Source: Amoebidium appalachense (Eukaryota > Protista > Ichthyosporea). From it: a stretch of 64,000 nt of DNA. The notes under the pieces were generated by a model, which saw only the letters and a list, made by a program, of their open reading frames with translations, did no database searches and was not told where the DNA came from. Positions 60,582-64,000 of this stretch are shown here, piece after piece; positions within the stretch are counted from its first letter, which is position 1; each line of letters begins with the position of its first letter. The DNA lies in NCBI GenBank assembly GCA_963693365.1, contig CAVNZM010000017.1, positions 3,391,375 to 3,455,374 of the forward strand. Reading direction: 5' to 3'. A program made the translations under genes and the position numbers.

Positions 60582-61229
60582 CTCTCCCCAACTCGTTTTC
60601 CCTTGAAACAGCAAAGCTGCCCCGAGAAGGATCTGCCTAAGGGGCACCAATTCGCAAGGGAGGCTATACTGTTGACCACATGTTCAAGTGAAGCTCCCCC
60701 TTCCCTTTTCTTCTTTCTCCCACCACTACCACATGCGCACTCTCCCCCCCCCTCCCCCGCGACTGCCCCTTTGAATCTATCAATGAGGGACAAGAAAGGA
60801 AGTCAAACAAAACGACAAGGAAAAGGTCCTCCACCAATACCCTCACGAGGGGTAAAGAAAGAAAAGAAAAAAAAGGAAAAAAATGCAATTCTGCCCGGGC
60901 TGCCTGCTTTCACCATTACATTGTGTTCATGACCACTGAAAAATGATGGCCAGCAACAGAGACAAACAACTGGGTAATATGGGCAGCAGACGTCGTTAGG
61001 GTAGGGGCGCAGCCAAACAGTGAAAAAGACACCCATTCATGCCTAAGTGTTTTATTGTCGGCCCGCAGGCCACATACGCACATCTGTTATATACATCTAT
61101 TACATATAATTTACCCACATCATTACATAGCCGGCCCGGTGTGGTGGCCCCCCATACATGCATCATCTACACCACCATCCACACCAGGGCCATGCACACA
61201 CGCGCGCGCACCACACACACCCACACACA

Positions 61230-62641
61230 CTAGAGGTAGTGCAACAGGGTGTCCATGCCGTTTGCCTCAGGGTTGCGCCCGCCCAGGTGCATGCCGACCT
61301 TGAAGGCCAGGGTGTGTGCATACTGGCACGGGGCAGGCACCCGGATAGTCCCCTGCAAGCCAGCCAGTCAGCATGTGGCCCCATTGCTGCCAGGCAGGCA
61401 GGGGGCACGTACGGGCCAGTTGTAGTACAGGTGGGTCAGCTTGTATGCAAGGCGCTGGTGCAGCTTGCGGGCAATCCACTTGTCCAGCTGGTGCGACTCC
61501 GAGTGGTACAGCAGGTTGAAGTGTGTGGGTGACACCGTGCCCTGCAACACCATATTAGCTCCCCCCCCCCCCCCCCCCTCCCCTCCCCTCCCCCCTCCCC
61601 CTCCCCTCCTCCTCCTTTCCATGCAGGCAAGCCCCGTGCATGAGGCCTAGGCACCTGGTTTGTCTTCTGGGAGACCAGGTAGAAGTTGAAATTGTCGGGC
61701 CCACAGGCCTTGTCGTCCTCTGTGCACGTGCCTGGAGGGGGGTTGTACACACGGCCACCCTGCACCCAGCCGTCAGGGCCGGGCGCCTTGTGTGTGCCCG
61801 TTGTGTGTGTGAGCCAGGGGGATACCTACGTGAGTGTGGAACAGCTTCTGAGTGATCCTCTTCTTGAGCACAAAGAAGCACAGCTGGCAGTGGTCGTCTA
61901 GGGGCTCCAGCCACTCATGGTCGCCCTTCTGCAACCGCTGCTGCCTGATGCTGATGGCCTGCAGGATAGCCCCCACCTGCACCAACACGGACCATTCACC
62001 CCCACCCTCCCCACCCTCCCCTCCCCATCATCACCCACCTCCTCCTGCCTGACCCCCTGTAGCTCCCCATCACTGACCCCATCCCGGTACACCTGCAAGG
62101 AACCCATCAGAACCACTGCTCGAAACAACCTCCCCCTCTCCTTCCCTCTTACTATGACTGTTTCTGGGTATGTGCCGTTGCAGCGGTAGTAAGCATCTAG
62201 GGCATTGCCCATGTGCACGTCCAGCTGCCGCACTATCTCCTCGTGCTCGTGCTCCTGCACAAACCTGTCAGCTGCCGCCCAGCGCCACACCACCCAGCAC
62301 ATAAATGCACCCACCTGCTGGGCGGCCACCGAGTAGTACTGTGTGAAGTGGGGGTTGAGAGATGCACAGAACCCCATCACTGACCGTGACCCCCGTGCCT
62401 GCAGACCATACGTGTCAGTGTGTGCTGCATGGTGTGTGGGTGTGTGTGTGTGTGTGCGCACCATTGCGTGTGCGCGCTAACTACTGCATCTGAAAGCAAG
62501 AATGTATGCGTGTGTGTGTGCCAGATACTGTTTGTGTGTGAGCACGTGTGTATGTGTGTGTGTGTGTGTGTGTGTGCCAGATACTGTGCGTGTGTGTGCA
62601 CGAGTGTATGTGTGTGTGTATGCCAGATACTGTGTGTGTGA

Positions 62642-62679
<38 letters not shown>

Positions 62680-62773
62680 CAGATACTGGGTGTGTGTGTG
62701 CACGAGTGTATGTGTGTGTGTGCCAGATACTGTGTGTGTGTGAGAGAGTGTGCTGTGTATACATGTGTGTGAG

Positions 62774-62845
<72 letters not shown>

Positions 62846-64000
62846 TGTGTGTGTGTGTGTGTACGCGCGCGCGCGCGTGTGTGTGTGTGCCAGATAGTGC
62901 GTGTGCACCTACCACGTCATGGTTGACGTCTATGCCCACCACCATCATATTCCTGATCCTGCTGGGCACCGGTGTGGCACACCACAGCTGCCCCCCCACC
63001 TTTGCCTGCCTGTGGCCCCGTGAGCAACACCCACACACACACCCACACACGCAGGATTGCACGTACATCTGCAGGCAGACCTTTGTCATGACCGACTTGA
63101 CCTTTGTCATGACCGACTTGACAAACCTGTCCTGCTTAAAGTGCCCCTTGGTGATGCACTGTGACGGCACCCCAAGTTCAAAGCTGCCCACAAGTGTCAG
63201 TCTCTGATCCCCCCCCCCCCCCCCCCCCCCCCCCCCCACCCACACACACACACACACCCACCCACACCCACCGACCCATGCAGCCTTTTGGCTCAACGGC
63301 TCAGTAAAAGCGCGACAGGGTTACTAATTTGTAACTGTTTGTGTTGCATTTGATCCACATAGCATGGCATGTGTGCTGGCCCCATGTGCACCCACCTGCA
63401 ATACCTCTTGACCATGTTGTATCTATCCACACTGGTGTCGGGCAGCAGCACCACCACCAGCCCCGGATCAGGCACACCATGTGCCTTCTCTCCGGCCAGC
63501 GCTTTGCAGAACACAGAACCCTCGGACCCTGCCCCATTGATGCATTGTCAGCATGCAGCCCCCCCATTGGTGCATTGTCAGCATGTAGCCCCCCCATTGG
63601 CGCAATGTCAGCATGCAGCCCCCCCATCGATGCATTGTCAGCATGCAGCCCCCCAATTGGTGCATTGTCAGTGCATTGTCAGCATGCAGCCCCCCCCCCC
63701 CCATTGGCGCATTGTCAGCATGCAGCCCCCCCATTGGTGCATTGTCAGCACGCAGCCCCCCCATTGGTGCATTGTCAGCAACCAGTCCCCCCATTGGTGC
63801 ATTGTCAGCATGCAGCCCCCCCCCCCCCCCCATTGGTGCATTGTCAGCATGCAGCCCCCCCATTGGTGCATTGTCAGCATGCAGCCCCTCCCCCCAGCCC
63901 TGAGCAGCAGTACGCACCACGTGTGTCCAGGACACGTGTAGGGTTTCCAGGGTCCACACCCCATGCACCCATGATGGTGCGCATGTGGTGCACCACCATG
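61230..64000 (-). CDS. piwi: Piwi-clade Argonaute, MID and PIWI domains (5' part lies outside the window)
   Basis: Eleven in-phase exons: [15 protein letters not shown]|[20 protein letters not shown]|[19 protein letters not shown]|..GFCASLN..FTQYYS|..HEEI..|[27 protein letters not shown]..|[23 protein letters not shown]|[28 protein letters not shown] tetrad intact. Confidence 0.95.
62515..62735. repeat. Degenerate tandem repeat with a GCCAGATACTG core in a Piwi intron
   Basis: GTGCCAGATACTG recurs about 5 times, separated by TG-rich spacers; a further copy lies at ~62889. Confidence 0.8.
63531..63890. repeat. ~30-bp minisatellite (~11 units) filling a Piwi intron
   Basis: CCCCCCATTGGTGCATTGTCAGCATGCAG repeated. 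Confidence 0.9.

Overview
Eukaryotic genomic DNA with short-exon genes whose introns are packed with (CA)n/(TG)n microsatellites and long G/C homopolymers; most ORFs in the supplied track are repeat artefacts. By splicing exons manually I can support these genes: a secreted/membrane 4xDOMON + cytochrome b561 protein (-), TENT5/FAM46 (-), an R3HDM4-like gene (-), RNF170 (-) head-to-head with a soluble TMEM55/PIP4P-like Zn-finger protein (+), two intronless convergent paralogues of an unknown secreted protein, and the 3' half of a catalytically intact Piwi-clade Argonaute (-). The gene content looks animal-like but the intron style does not, so a unicellular holozoan or other protist is my inference, not something shown. 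The most unusual signals are: (1) a family of 5'-truncated LINE-like 3' ends, all ending ...CATTCAAA against a poly(C) tract and mostly embedded in G/C homopolymers (possibly a homopolymer-targeting or poly(C)-tailed retroelement); (2) 3' splice sites defined by a branch point plus (TG)CAG with little or no polypyrimidine tract; (3) the secreted paralogue pair with a GxDxx repeat and a shared ATTGG-N15-CCAAT promoter element; (4) a compact pseudoknotted element near 2.3 kb. Exon boundaries were read by eye and may be off by a few bases.
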